DNA of 32,000 nt from Xanthomonas campestris pv. campestris str. ATCC 33913. Lineage in GTDB: Bacteria > Pseudomonadota > Gammaproteobacteria > Xanthomonadales > Xanthomonadaceae. This document shows, piece by piece, positions 18,049 to 28,036 of this stretch. The notes beneath the pieces were generated by a model. That model saw nothing but the letters and a program-made list of their open reading frames with translations, made no database searches and was not told the DNA's origin. The DNA is taken from assembly GCF_000007145.1 (NCBI RefSeq), contig NC_003902.1:847436-879435 (forward strand), given 5' to 3'. The stretch's first letter is position 1, and each line of letters starts with the position of its first letter. Made by a program: the position numbers and the translations under genes.

Positions 18049-19529
18049 AACTCACACCGCTGTCGCTGATTGCCCACTTTGCTGGCGGCGAATTGCATGG
18101 CGACGACGCCATGATTGACGCCGTTGGCAACGACACCCGTGCGCTGGCCAGCGGCAGCCTGTATGTGGCGCTGCGCGGCGAGCGTTTCGACGGCCACGAC
18201 TTTGCCGCCGATGCGGTGGCGCGCGGCGCCAGCGGCCTGCTGGTGGACCGCCTACTGCCGGCACTGCACGTGCCGCAGGTAGTGGTCGCCAATACCGAAC
18301 TCGCCCTGGCGCGCATCGCCGCCGGCATGCAGCGCGACCGCGCCACGCGCGTGATTGCGCTCACTGGCTCCAACGGCAAGACCAGCGTCAAGGCATTGCT
18401 GCTGGCGATTCTGGCCGAAGCCGGCCGCGTCGACGGCATCACCGCCTACGCCAACCCGGGTAATCGCAATAACGAGATCGGCCTGCCGCTGGCGGTGATC
18501 GCCGCGCCGGACGATGCCGATCTGGCGGTCTACGAAATGGGTGCAGGCAAGCCCGGCGACATCGCCTATCTCACCGACATCGCGCGCCCTGACGTGGCCC
18601 TGGTCAACAACATCGCGCCGGCACATCTGGAGCGCATGGGCAGCCTGCTCGGGGTGGCGCAGACCAAGGGCGCCATCTACACCGCGCTGCCGGCCGATGG
18701 CGTGGCCGTGATCAATGCCGACGACGCCTTCGGTGCCTGGTTCGAACAACAGCTGCTGGCGCAGCCGCTGCAGGGCCGCCGCGTGCTGCGCTACGGCCTG
18801 CACGCAAGCGCTGAAATCACCGCGCGTCAGCTGCGCCTGCATGCCGCCGGCGCGCAGTTCGTGCTGGCGACCCCGCAGGGCGAAGCGCCGGTGGTGCTAC
18901 CGCTGCCGGGCCGCCACAACGTGCTCAATGCGCTGGCTGCCACCGGCCTGGCGCTGGGCGCCGGCATTGCGCTGCCGATCATTGCGGCCGGTCTGGCCCA
19001 GGCCACGCAGGTGGCCGGGCGCCAGATTGCACACACGTTGGCGACCGGCGCGGTGCTGATCGACGACAGCTACAACGCCAATCCCGGTTCGCTGGACGCG
19101 GCCATCGATGCACTGGCCGCCGCACCGGGCGAGGGCTGGCTGGTGCTGGGTGACATGCGCGAACTCGGCCCCGAAGCGCCGGCATTGCACGCTGCGGCCG
19201 GCCGCCGCGCGCGCAACGCCAAGCTCGCGCGCCTGTATGCACTGGGCGCGCTCAGCGCCGCCGCCGCACAGGCGTTCGGCGACGGCGGCCGTGTGTTCGC
19301 CACCCATGCCGCGCTGGCCGCGGCCTTGCAGGCGGACCTGGCAGCCGCTGCTTCGCAGACTCAAACGCAGGACTCTTCTTTGATGCACGAACACACCGGT
19401 GCAGTGGCGCGGGCCGCTGCCTCCGTCGCGCCGCCCACGCTGCTGGTGAAGGGCTCGCGTGGCAGCGCCATGGACCGCATCGTCGCCGCGTTGCTCGCAC
19501 CGTCGGAGGATGCCTCCCATGCTGCTTGA
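18045..19529 (+). CDS. murF: UDP-N-acetylmuramoyl-tripeptide--D-alanyl-D-alanine ligase MurF
   Basis: ATGA overlap with murE. It has the motifs [10 protein letters not shown] and a C-terminal [14 protein letters not shown]. It carries a ~30-aa insertion before the LVKGSR block compared with the E. coli MurF I recall. Confidence 0.9.
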   Translation: MKLTPLSLIAHFAGGELHGDDAMIDAVGNDTRALASGSLYVALRGERFDGHDFAADAVARGASGLLVDRLLPALHVPQVVVANTELALARIAAGMQRDRATRVIALTGSNGKTSVKALLLAILAEAGRVDGITAYANPGNRNNEIGLPLAVIAAPDDADLAVYEMGAGKPGDIAYLTDIARPDVALVNNIAPAHLERMGSLLGVAQTKGAIYTALPADGVAVINADDAFGAWFEQQLLAQPLQGRRVLRYGLHASAEITARQLRLHAAGAQFVLATPQGEAPVVLPLPGRHNVLNALAATGLALGAGIALPIIAAGLAQATQVAGRQIAHTLATGAVLIDDSYNANPGSLDAAIDALAAAPGEGWLVLGDMRELGPEAPALHAAAGRRARNAKLARLYALGALSAAAAQAFGDGGRVFATHAALAAALQADLAAAASQTQTQDSSLMHEHTGAVARAAASVAPPTLLVKGSRGSAMDRIVAALLAPSEDASHAA

Positions 19530-20604
19530 GCTGGCCCGTTGGCTACAGCAACTGGAGAGCCTGTTCGGGCTGTTCAACTATCTGACCTTCCGCGGCATCC
19601 TGGCAGCGCTGACCGCGCTGTTCCTGTCGTTGTGGATGGGCCCGGCGGTGATTCGCAAGCTGGCGCAGTTCAAGGGCGGCCAGCCGATTCGCCAGGACGG
19701 CCCGCAGACGCATTTTTCCAAGGCCGGCACGCCGACCATGGGTGGCTCGCTGATCCTGCTCACGGTCACCTTGTCGGTGTTGCTGTGGGGCGATCTGCGC
19801 AACCGCTATGTGTGGCTGGTGCTGGCGGTGATGATCTGCTTCGGTGCGATCGGCTGGTACGACGACTGGATCAAGATCGTGCGGCGCGACCCGAACGGCT
19901 TGAAGTCGCGCTGGAAATATCTGCTGCAGTCGATCTTCGGCCTGGCCGCGGGCCTGTTCCTGTACTACACGGCCGACGTGCCGGCCGCGATCACCTTCTA
20001 CATCCCGATGTTCAAGGCCATCGCCTTGCCGCTGGCCGGCGTGAGCTTCGTGGTGATCGCCTATTTCTGGATCGTCGGCTTCTCCAACGCGGTCAACCTG
20101 ACCGACGGCCTGGACGGCCTGGCGATCATGCCGACCGTGCTGGTCGCCTGCGCGCTGGGCGTCTTCGCCTATGCCTCGGGCAACGTGGTATTCGCCGAAT
20201 ACCTCAAGATCCCGCTGATTCCCGGCGCCGGTGAGCTGATCATCATCTGCTCGGCGATTGCCGGGGCAGGCTTGGGCTTTCTGTGGTTCAACACCTACCC
20301 GGCGATGGTGTTCATGGGCGACATCGGCGCGCTGTCGTTGGGCGCGGTGCTCGGCACCGTGGCGGTGATCGTGCGTCAGGAACTGGTGCTGGTGATCATG
20401 GGCGGCGTGTTCGTCATCGAAACGCTGTCGGTGATGATCCAGGTCGCCAGCTTCAAGCTGACCGGCAAGCGCGTGTTCCGCATGGCGCCCATCCATCACC
20501 ACTTCGAGCTCAAGGGCTGGCCGGAGCCGCGCGTGATCGTGCGCTTCTGGATCATCTCGGTGGTGCTGGTGCTGATCGGCCTTGCCACGTTGAAGGTGCG
20601 CTGA
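19519..20604 (+). CDS. mraY: Phospho-N-acetylmuramoyl-pentapeptide transferase MraY
   Basis: ATG 19519 gives [29 protein letters not shown]..., 361 aa and polytopic, with [13 protein letters not shown] and PIHHHFE motifs. The track start (19459) lies inside murF. Confidence 0.93.
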   Translation: MLLELARWLQQLESLFGLFNYLTFRGILAALTALFLSLWMGPAVIRKLAQFKGGQPIRQDGPQTHFSKAGTPTMGGSLILLTVTLSVLLWGDLRNRYVWLVLAVMICFGAIGWYDDWIKIVRRDPNGLKSRWKYLLQSIFGLAAGLFLYYTADVPAAITFYIPMFKAIALPLAGVSFVVIAYFWIVGFSNAVNLTDGLDGLAIMPTVLVACALGVFAYASGNVVFAEYLKIPLIPGAGELIIICSAIAGAGLGFLWFNTYPAMVFMGDIGALSLGAVLGTVAVIVRQELVLVIMGGVFVIETLSVMIQVASFKLTGKRVFRMAPIHHHFELKGWPEPRVIVRFWIISVVLVLIGLATLKVR

Positions 20605-21968
20605 TGAACGACATGTCCCGCCAGGCCACGCGACTGGACGCCATCGGCGGCCGCTATGACCCGTGGCTGCTCGGCGCGGCTGCCACGCTGGCATCGCTGG
20701 GCGTGGTGATGGTGGCCTCCAGCTCGATCGAGTTGTCGGAGAACCCGTTCTATTACCTGACCCGCCATCTGCTGTTCCTGGGCATCGGCGTGGGCCTGGC
20801 GTTCTGGGCGATGCGCACCGAGCTCAAGACCATCGAGCAGTACAACCAGGTGTTGCTGCTGGCGTGCTTCGGCCTGCTGATGGTGGTGTTCGTGCCGGGG
20901 CTGGGCAGCAGCGTCAACGGCGCCAAGCGCTGGATCAACCTGGGCGTGTCGAAATTCCAGACCGTCGAAGCGGTCAAGGTGCTCTACATCGTGTGGCTGT
21001 CCAGCTACCTGGTGCGTTTCCGCGACGAGGTCAACGCGACCTGGCCGGCGATGCTCAAGCCGCTGGGCGTGGCGATCGCATTGGTTGGCCTGTTGCTGAT
21101 GCAGCCGGACTTCGGCTCGTCCACGCTGCTGCTGGCGATCACCGCCGGCATGCTGGTGCTGGGCGGAGTGAACCTGCCGCGGATGTCGATGCCGATCGTG
21201 TTCGGCCTGCCGGTGTTTGCGTTCATCGCGATCCTGGAACCGTACCGCTTGCGCCGCATCACCTCGTTCCTGGATCCGTGGGCCGACCAGCTTGGCTCCG
21301 GCTACCAGTTGTCCAATGCCTTGATGGCGGTGGGCCGCGGGCAGTGGACCGGTGTGGGCCTGGGCGCTTCGGTACAGAAGCTCAACTACCTGCCCGAAGC
21401 GCATACCGACTTCATCTTTTCGGTGATCGCCGAGGAACTCGGCTTTGTCGGCGTGTGCAGCGTGGTGGCGTTGTACGCGCTGCTGGTCGGCCGCGCGTTC
21501 TGGCTGGGCATGCGCTGTGTGGAAATGAAGCGTCATTTCTCCGGCTACATCGCCTTCGGTATCGGTTTGTGGATCAGCCTGCAGAGCTTCGTCTCGGTGG
21601 GCGTGAACCTGGGCATCCTGCCGACCAAGGGCCTGACCTTGCCGCTGATCTCCTCGGGCGGTTCGTCGGTGCTGATGACCTGCGTGGCGATGGGCCTGCT
21701 GCTGCGCGTGTCCTATGAAATGGACCGTGCCGAGCGCCTGCGCAGCAAGTTGTCGCCGCACGGTGCCGCGCCTGCTCCGATGGCACCGGTCGAGCCGTCT
21801 GCCGAGCCAGCGCCGGCGCCTGCACCGGTGCGCAAGCCGCAGCGCGAAACCGCGGCTGCCGCACCTGCACCGGTCATGCCGGCCTCCGTCGCGCCGGCAT
21901 CTGCCGTGCTGCGCGGGACCAGCCGCATGCAGCCACGCGTCGAACCCACGTTCGGGAGGATCGCGTGA
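20604..21968 (+). CDS. ftsW: Peptidoglycan glycosyltransferase / division protein FtsW (SEDS family), with a Pro/Ala-rich C-terminal tail
   Basis: ATG 20604 overlaps the mraY stop by 1 nt (TGATG). It has the SEDS motifs (QPSEF-like [33 protein letters not shown]). A ~70-aa low-complexity tail runs from ~21750. Confidence 0.9.
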   Translation: MNDMSRQATRLDAIGGRYDPWLLGAAATLASLGVVMVASSSIELSENPFYYLTRHLLFLGIGVGLAFWAMRTELKTIEQYNQVLLLACFGLLMVVFVPGLGSSVNGAKRWINLGVSKFQTVEAVKVLYIVWLSSYLVRFRDEVNATWPAMLKPLGVAIALVGLLLMQPDFGSSTLLLAITAGMLVLGGVNLPRMSMPIVFGLPVFAFIAILEPYRLRRITSFLDPWADQLGSGYQLSNALMAVGRGQWTGVGLGASVQKLNYLPEAHTDFIFSVIAEELGFVGVCSVVALYALLVGRAFWLGMRCVEMKRHFSGYIAFGIGLWISLQSFVSVGVNLGILPTKGLTLPLISSGGSSVLMTCVAMGLLLRVSYEMDRAERLRSKLSPHGAAPAPMAPVEPSAEPAPAPAPVRKPQRETAAAAPAPVMPASVAPASAVLRGTSRMQPRVEPTFGRIA

Positions 21969-23248
21969 GCGTTGAGCATGCGACTCCGGTGCAGCAGCCT
22001 GCACATGCCGCGGCATCAGTGCGACCGGTGATGATCCTGGCCGGCGGCACCGGCGGGCATATTTTTCCGGGCCTGGCCGTGGCCAAGGTGCTGCGCGCGC
22101 GTGGCGTGCCGGTGACGTGGCTGGGCGCCGACGGCGCGATGGAAACGCGCCTGGTGCCGCAGCACGCAATCCAGATCGACACGCTGGCCATCAGTGGCCT
22201 GCGTGGCAAGGGCATCGTGAAACTGCTCGGTGCGCCGGTGCGGGTGATGCGTGCAGTACGCGCGGCCGGCTTCGTGCTGCGCAAGCGCCAGCCGCGCGCG
22301 GTGATCAGCTTCGGTGGATTTGCTGCCGGCCCGGGCGGCCTGGCAGCGCGTCTGCTGGGCGTGCCACTGCTGGTGCACGAGCAGAACCGCGCGCCGGGCA
22401 TGACCAACAAGGTGCTGTCGCGTTTTGCGCGCCGCGTGCTGACCGGCTTTCCGGGCAGCTTCGCTGGCGAAGAAGCCGTGGGCAACCCGGTGCGCGAGGA
22501 AATCGCCGCACTGCCGGCACCGGCCACGCGCCTGGTCGGCCGTGGTGGCCCGGTGCGGCTGCTGGTGCTCGGCGGCAGCCAGGGCGCTCGCGCACTCAAT
22601 AATGCCGTGCCGGCCGCACTGGCTGCGCTTGGCCACCCGGCCGTTGACGTGCGTCACCAGTGCGGCGAAAAGCTGCGCGCCGAAGCCGAAGCCGCCTATG
22701 CGCAGGCAGCGGTGAACGCCAGCGTGGAACCCTTCATCGCCGACATGGCCGCGGCCTACGCCTGGGCCGATTTGGTGGTGTGCCGCGCCGGTGCCAGCAC
22801 GCTGGCCGAAGTGTGCGCGGCCGGTGTCGGCAGCGTGCTGGTACCGTTCGCCGCCGCCGTGGATGACCACCAGACCCGTAACGCCGAATACCTGGTCAGT
22901 GCCGAGGCCGCCGTGCTGCTCAAGCAGGACGACACCCTGGCAGTGCGCCTGCAGCAGGTGCTGCAGACCCTGCTCGCCGACCCCGCCCGCCGCCTTGCCA
23001 TGGCACAGGCCGCCCGCACCCTGGCCAAACCCGACGCCGCCGAACGCATCGCCGACATCATTCTGCAAGAGGCCGGGAATGGTAAATCGGGAATGGGGAA
23101 TGGTCAGAGCGCAGAACAACTTCAGGAACACACTGTGATTCACCAAAACAAGCGCACCGATCAGGCGCTCGACGCAGCCAGCGCTTCGCTTCACCCGATT
23201 CCCGATTCTCGATTCCCGATTCGCACTTCCGCAGGAGGTGCCCAGTGA
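21965..23248 (+). CDS. murG: UDP-GlcNAc:lipid I N-acetylglucosaminyltransferase MurG, with a repeat-encoded C-terminal tail
   Basis: [17 protein letters not shown] is the N-terminal G-loop. GTG 21965 overlaps the ftsW stop; a downstream start (ATG 22031) is possible. The conserved body ends near ...[13 protein letters not shown], and the last 57 codons are encoded by HPE-3. The stop lies in a GTGA overlap with murC. Confidence 0.9.
   Translation: MSVEHATPVQQPAHAAASVRPVMILAGGTGGHIFPGLAVAKVLRARGVPVTWLGADGAMETRLVPQHAIQIDTLAISGLRGKGIVKLLGAPVRVMRAVRAAGFVLRKRQPRAVISFGGFAAGPGGLAARLLGVPLLVHEQNRAPGMTNKVLSRFARRVLTGFPGSFAGEEAVGNPVREEIAALPAPATRLVGRGGPVRLLVLGGSQGARALNNAVPAALAALGHPAVDVRHQCGEKLRAEAEAAYAQAAVNASVEPFIADMAAAYAWADLVVCRAGASTLAEVCAAGVGSVLVPFAAAVDDHQTRNAEYLVSAEAAVLLKQDDTLAVRLQQVLQTLLADPARRLAMAQAARTLAKPDAAERIADIILQEAGNGKSGMGNGQSAEQLQEHTVIHQNKRTDQALDAASASLHPIPDSRFPIRTSAGGAQ
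23075..23224. repeat. Heptamer palindromic element copy 3 (HPE-3), inside the murG 3' end
   Basis: Left arm GGGAATG GTAAATC GGGAATG GGGAATG G (23075-23103), a 90-nt lower-GC loop, and right arm GATTCCC GATTCTC GATTCCC GATTCGC (23197-23224). Confidence 0.9.
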
Positions 23249-24678
23249 TCCGCCGTCTGCAGGACAGTGGCGATCTGGTGCGCGCGTTCCCGCGTGTGCA
23301 CTTCGTGGGTATCGGCGGCACCGGCATGAGCGGTATTGCCGAGGTGATGCTGACCCTGGGCTATGAAGTCTCCGGCTCGGACAATGCCGACAACGCGGCC
23401 ACGCGGCGCCTGGCCAAGCTGGGTGCGCGCGTGATGCGCGGCCATTCGGCGGCCAACGTGCTGGGAACCGATTGCGTAGTGGTGTCCAGCGCGATCCGCG
23501 AAGACAACCCCGAACTGATGGAAGCGCGCAGCCAGCGCATTCCGATCATGCCGCGGGCGGCGATGCTGGCCGAGTTGATGCGCTTCCGTCGCGGGATCGC
23601 GGTGGCCGGCACGCACGGCAAGACCACCACCACCAGCCTGGCCGCGGCCGTGCTGAGCGAAGGTGGCCTGGATCCGACCTTCGTAATCGGTGGCCAACTG
23701 CTGGCCGCCGGTGCCAACGCCAAGCTCGGCGGTGGCCAATGGTTGGTGGCCGAAGCCGATGAAAGTGATGGCAGCTTCCTGCGCCTGAATCCGCTGATGG
23801 CGGTGATCACCAACATCGATGCCGATCATCTGGAAAACTACGGCAACGACTTTGCCCGCGTGCAGGCGGCGTTTGCCGAGTTCCTGCAGCGCCTGCCGTT
23901 CTACGGCCTGGCGTTGCTGTGCATCGACGACCCGGAAGTGGCAGCGCTGGCCGGCAAGACGCCGCGCCATGTGATGAGCTACGGCATGAGCGAAAACGCC
24001 GACGTGCGCGCCGAAGACGTGGTGCAGGACGGCCCGCGCATGCGCTTCACACTGCGCCTGCCCGAAGGCACCACCACGCCGGTGACGCTGGCCCTGCCGG
24101 GCCGTCACAACGTGCTCAATGCACTGGCTGCTGCGGCCATCGGCTGGCAGCTGGGCGTGGCGCCGGACACCATCGCGCGCGCGCTGGAAAACTTTGCCGG
24201 TATCGGCCGTCGCTTCAACGATCTGGGCGAAGTCACCACCGCCAGCGGCGCGCGCGTGCGCGTGGTCGACGACTACGGCCACCACCCGCGCGAGCTCGAA
24301 GCAGTCTTCGCCGCGGCCCGTGGCGGCTGGCCGGACAAGCGCCTGGTGGTGGCCTTCCAGCCGCACCGTTACAGCCGCACCCGCGATCAGTTCGACGCGT
24401 TCGCCGCAGTGCTCAGCACCGTCGACGCCCTGGTATTGAGCGAGGTCTACCCGGCCGGCGAAGCGCCGATTCCCGGCGCCGATTCCCGCGCCCTGGCGCG
24501 TGCCATCCGTGCACGCGGCCGTAGCGAGCCGGTGGTGGTCGGCCAGGTCGCCGGTCTGTCCGAAGTGTTGCCCGACGTTCTGCAGGACGGTGACCTGCTG
24601 CTGATGATGGGCGCCGGCGACATCGGTTATGTCGCCCAGCAGATCGTCACCGATGGCTTTGTCGGAGCGCCGGCATGA
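23245..24678 (+). CDS. murC: UDP-N-acetylmuramate--L-alanine ligase MurC
   Basis: The GTG start has a strong AGGAGG 6 nt upstream. It has [16 protein letters not shown] and [12 protein letters not shown] Mur ligase motifs. Confidence 0.92.
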   Translation: MIRRLQDSGDLVRAFPRVHFVGIGGTGMSGIAEVMLTLGYEVSGSDNADNAATRRLAKLGARVMRGHSAANVLGTDCVVVSSAIREDNPELMEARSQRIPIMPRAAMLAELMRFRRGIAVAGTHGKTTTTSLAAAVLSEGGLDPTFVIGGQLLAAGANAKLGGGQWLVAEADESDGSFLRLNPLMAVITNIDADHLENYGNDFARVQAAFAEFLQRLPFYGLALLCIDDPEVAALAGKTPRHVMSYGMSENADVRAEDVVQDGPRMRFTLRLPEGTTTPVTLALPGRHNVLNALAAAAIGWQLGVAPDTIARALENFAGIGRRFNDLGEVTTASGARVRVVDDYGHHPRELEAVFAAARGGWPDKRLVVAFQPHRYSRTRDQFDAFAAVLSTVDALVLSEVYPAGEAPIPGADSRALARAIRARGRSEPVVVGQVAGLSEVLPDVLQDGDLLLMMGAGDIGYVAQQIVTDGFVGAPA

Positions 24679-25631
24679 GTACGCAGATCGCTCCCGCGCG
24701 CATCAGCGACCCGGCCGCCTTCGGCCGCGTTGCAGTGCTGCTGGGCGGTACCTCGTCCGAGCGCGAGGTTTCGCTCAATTCCGGCAGTAACGTGCTCGAC
24801 GCCCTGCGCGCGCGCGGCGTCGATGCGCAGCCGGTCGATGGCATTCCGGCATTGGCGCAGGCATTGGTCGCGCAGCGCTTCGACCGCGTCTTCAACGTGC
24901 TGCACGGCCACAACGGCGGCGGCGAAGACGGCATCGTGCAGGGGTTGATGGAAGCCTTCGGCGTGCCGTACACCGGCTCGAACGTGCTCGGCTCGGCGCT
25001 GAGCATGGACAAGATTCGCACCAAGCAGGTCTGGCTGTCGCTGGGCCTGTCCACGCCGCGCTACGCACGGCTTGCCGCCGGCGCCAGCGCGCAGCAGATC
25101 CACGCCGCTGCCGAGCAGATCGGCTTGCCGGTGATCGTGAAGCCGGCCAACGAAGGCTCCAGCGTCGGCGTCAGCCGCGTGTTCGACCAGGCGCAGCTCG
25201 ACGAGGCCGTGACGCTTGCCGCACGCTACGACGGCGCGCTGCTGATGGAACAACTGATCGAAGGCGACGAGCTCACTGTCGCCGTGCTCGGCGATGTGGC
25301 GCTGCCGTCGATCCGCATCGTGCCCAAGGGCCAGTGGTACGACTACAACGCCAAGTACATCGCCGAAGACACGCAGTACCTGTGCCCGGGACTTGATGGC
25401 GACGCAGAAGCACAGATCGGCCAGCTCGCCCTGGACGCCTTCCGCGCCGCCGGCTGCAGCGGCTGGGGCCGCGTGGACGTGATGCGCGATGGCAGCACCG
25501 GCCAGCTGTACCTGCTGGAAGTGAACACCGCCCCGGGCATGACCAGCCACTCGCTGGTGCCCAAGGCCGCCCGCCAACTCGGCATCGACTTCGAAGCGCT
25601 GGTCTGGCGCGTGTTGGAGCAGACGCTGTGA
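24675..25631 (+). CDS. ddl: D-alanine--D-alanine ligase
   Basis: ATGA overlap with murC. It has an ATP-grasp fold with the motifs [25 protein letters not shown] and [13 protein letters not shown]. Confidence 0.92.
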   Translation: MSTQIAPARISDPAAFGRVAVLLGGTSSEREVSLNSGSNVLDALRARGVDAQPVDGIPALAQALVAQRFDRVFNVLHGHNGGGEDGIVQGLMEAFGVPYTGSNVLGSALSMDKIRTKQVWLSLGLSTPRYARLAAGASAQQIHAAAEQIGLPVIVKPANEGSSVGVSRVFDQAQLDEAVTLAARYDGALLMEQLIEGDELTVAVLGDVALPSIRIVPKGQWYDYNAKYIAEDTQYLCPGLDGDAEAQIGQLALDAFRAAGCSGWGRVDVMRDGSTGQLYLLEVNTAPGMTSHSLVPKAARQLGIDFEALVWRVLEQTL

Positions 25632-25634
25632 AGC

Positions 25635-25720
25635 GGGGAATGGGGAATCGGGAATCGGGAATGGGTAACAGCGGCTGCGCTGTTGCCGTTGCGATTCCCT
25701 ATTCCCGATTCCCCATTCCC
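25635..25720. repeat. Heptamer palindromic element copy 4 (HPE-4), ddl-ftsQ intergenic
   Basis: Left arm G GGGAATG GGGAATC GGGAATC GGGAATG GG (25635-25665). The 27-nt loop holds its own small hairpin (AACAGC/GCTGTT). Right arm GATTCCC TATTCCC GATTCCC CATTCCC (25693-25720). The arms are nearly perfectly complementary. The element starts 4 nt after the ddl stop. Confidence 0.92.
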
Positions 25721-25737
25721 GCGCGCGGAGCGCGCCC

Positions 25738-26574
25738 ATGAACGCCACTCTGCGCATCCTGGCCTGGTTGATCGCGGTGGCGCTGGTCGCGTTGCCGGTG
25801 GTGGCCGTGCTCAATGGCTGGGTGGGCGCCGAGCGGTGGCCGCTGGCGCGCCTGCGTGTTTCCGGCGATTTCAAGCGGGTGCCGGCCGAGGAGCTGCGTG
25901 CGGTGGTGTTGCCGTATGCGCGCTCGGGATTCTTTGCGGTGAAGCTGCAGGACGCACAGGACGCCATCGCGCGCTTGCCGTGGGTGGAAAGTGCGCAGGT
26001 GCGCAAGCGTTGGCCGGATGTGCTGGAAGTGCATGTGGTCGAACACAAGCCGTTCGCCCGCTGGGGCACCGATCGCATGTTGTCCGAGCAGGGCCGGCTG
26101 TTTCGCACACCGCCGTTGCTGAAGGATTTCAAGTTGCCGCAGCTCGGTGGCCCGGATGCCAAGACCCAGGAGGTGGTGGCGCTGTACAACGAGTCACGCG
26201 CGTTGTTCGCGCCGACCGGCCTGGATGTGGAGCGTCTGGAAATGGATGCGCGCGGCAGTTGGTCGCTGGGCTTGAGCAACGGCGTGCAGATCGTGATCGG
26301 CCGCGACGATGCGCGCGCACGCCTGCAGCGGTTCGCGCGGGTACTGCCGCAGCTGACTGATCCACAACGTCCGATCGCGCGCGCCGACCTGCGTTACACC
26401 AACGGCTTTACGGTCGAACGGCGAATGGAGAATGGGGAATCGGGAATGGATAAAAAGCCAAAGCCGGTTCCGCCTGCTGCGCCGCACGCGCTGGTCCTTA
26501 ATTCTCTGCGCCTCCGTACACCGCTATTGACCATTCCCCATTCCCCATTCGCTATTCCCGGCTTTAAGACATGA
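25738..26574 (+). CDS. ftsQ: Cell division protein FtsQ, with a repeat-encoded C-terminal tail
   Basis: It has an N-terminal TM segment (ILAWLIAVALVALPVVAVL) and a POTRA domain (LRVSGDFKRVPAEELRAVV...). The conserved body ends ...ADLRYTNGFTVERR, and the last 49 codons are encoded by HPE-5. The stop lies in an ATGA overlap with ftsA. Confidence 0.9.
   Translation: MNATLRILAWLIAVALVALPVVAVLNGWVGAERWPLARLRVSGDFKRVPAEELRAVVLPYARSGFFAVKLQDAQDAIARLPWVESAQVRKRWPDVLEVHVVEHKPFARWGTDRMLSEQGRLFRTPPLLKDFKLPQLGGPDAKTQEVVALYNESRALFAPTGLDVERLEMDARGSWSLGLSNGVQIVIGRDDARARLQRFARVLPQLTDPQRPIARADLRYTNGFTVERRMENGESGMDKKPKPVPPAAPHALVLNSLRLRTPLLTIPHSPFAIPGFKT
26421..26559. repeat. Heptamer palindromic element copy 5 (HPE-5), inside the ftsQ 3' end
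   Basis: Left arm GCGAATG GAGAATG GGGAATC GGGAATG G (26421-26449), an 81-nt loop, and right arm CATTCCC CATTCCC CATTCGC TATTCCC (26532-26559). Confidence 0.9.
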
Positions 26575-27806
26575 ACCGCAAAGGCGACAAATCCCTCATC
26601 GTTGGACTGGATATCGGCACCTCCAAGGTGGTCGCGCTGGTCGGCGAGTACTCGCCCGGCAATCCGATCGAAGTGATCGGCATCGGTTCGCACGAGTCGC
26701 GCGGCCTCAAGCGTGGCGTGGTGGTGGATATCGAATCCACCGTGCAGTCGATCCAGCGCGCGGTCGAAGAAGCCGAGCTGATGGCCGGCTGCGAAATCCG
26801 CTCGGTGTACGCTTCGATCTCCGGTAACCACGTGCAGTGCAAGAACTCGCCCGGGATCGTGCCGATCCGCGATGGCGAGGTAACCTGGAGCGATCTGGAG
26901 CGCGTGCTCGACGCCGCCAAGGCCGTGGCCATTCCTGCCGATCAACGCATCCTGCATGCAATTCCGCGCGAGTATGTGCTGGACGATTCGCAGGAAGGCA
27001 TCCGTAACCCGGTCGGCATGACCGGCGTGCGCCTGGAGGTGCACGCGCACCTGGTGGTGTGCGCACAGTCGGCCGCGGCCAACATCACCAAGTGCGTGCA
27101 GAAATGCGGCTTGCAGGTGGACGATCTGGTGCTGTCCTCGCTGGCGTCCTCGGTCGCGGTGCTGACCGCCGACGAGCGCGAGCTGGGCGTGGTGCTGGTA
27201 GATATCGGCGCCGGCACCACTGACCTGGCCGTGTACGTGCAGGGCGCGATCTGCCACACCGCGTCGCTGCCGATCGCCGGCGACCACGTTACCAACGACA
27301 TCGCGCACATGCTGCGTACGCCGACGCCGGAAGCCGAGCAGATCAAGGTGCGCTACGCCTGCGCGCTGGCGCAGCTGGCCACCGCCGAAGAAAGCATCCA
27401 GGTGCCATCGGTGGGCGATCGCCCGCCGCGTCGCATGCCGCGGCATGCACTCGCGCAGGCGGTGCAGGGCCGCTACGAAGAAATTTTCGAGATGGTGCAG
27501 GCCGAACTGCGTCGCTCCGGCTTCGAGGAAATGGTGCGCGCCGGCATGGTGCTCACCGGTGGCGCCTCGAAGATGGAAGGTGTGGTGGAGCTGGCCGAAG
27601 AAATGCTGCAGATGCCGGTGCGCGTGGGCATTCCGCAGCACGTCACCGGCCTGGGCGAAGTGGTGGGCAACCCGGTACACGCCTCCGGCGTGGGCCTGTT
27701 GCTGATGGGCAGCCAGATCGAACACCCGCGCCGACCGTCGATCCCGACCGGGCGCGCGGGGAGCTTGTTCAAGAAATTGAAGAACTGGTATCGCGGCGAA
27801 TTCTGA
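26571..27806 (+). CDS. ftsA: Cell division protein FtsA
   Basis: 411 aa, actin/Hsp70-fold FtsA (LIVGLDIGTSKVVALVGE, VLVDIGAGTTDLAVY, VLTGGASKMEG). The C-terminal amphipathic helix is SLFKKLKNWYRGEF. Confidence 0.93.
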   Translation: MNRKGDKSLIVGLDIGTSKVVALVGEYSPGNPIEVIGIGSHESRGLKRGVVVDIESTVQSIQRAVEEAELMAGCEIRSVYASISGNHVQCKNSPGIVPIRDGEVTWSDLERVLDAAKAVAIPADQRILHAIPREYVLDDSQEGIRNPVGMTGVRLEVHAHLVVCAQSAAANITKCVQKCGLQVDDLVLSSLASSVAVLTADERELGVVLVDIGAGTTDLAVYVQGAICHTASLPIAGDHVTNDIAHMLRTPTPEAEQIKVRYACALAQLATAEESIQVPSVGDRPPRRMPRHALAQAVQGRYEEIFEMVQAELRRSGFEEMVRAGMVLTGGASKMEGVVELAEEMLQMPVRVGIPQHVTGLGEVVGNPVHASGVGLLLMGSQIEHPRRPSIPTGRAGSLFKKLKNWYRGEF

Positions 27807-27992
27807 CGAATCGGGAATCGGGAATCGGGAATCGGGAATCGGTTAAAGCAAAAGCAAGGCGGTTGCGGCAAGGTATGAGTAGAGAGCGGTGAGAGCGGGC
27901 AGGGCGTAATTTTTTGTGTTCCGCTGAGGAAGCGGTGGTTGGCGTGAAGGTGAGTCGCGGTTGCGATTTCCCATTCCCAACTCACCATTCCC
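27807..27992. repeat. Heptamer palindromic element copy 6 (HPE-6), ftsA-ftsZ intergenic
   Basis: The left arm CGAATC + (GGGAATC)x4 + GG (27807-27842) begins on the nucleotide after the ftsA stop. A ~120-nt loop follows, then the degenerate right arm GATTTCC CATTCCC AACTCAC CATTCCC (27965-27992). Confidence 0.85.
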
Positions 27993-28036
27993 GGCATTCA
28001 AACAACAACATTCGCCGACATGCGGGTGTCGGGCTG

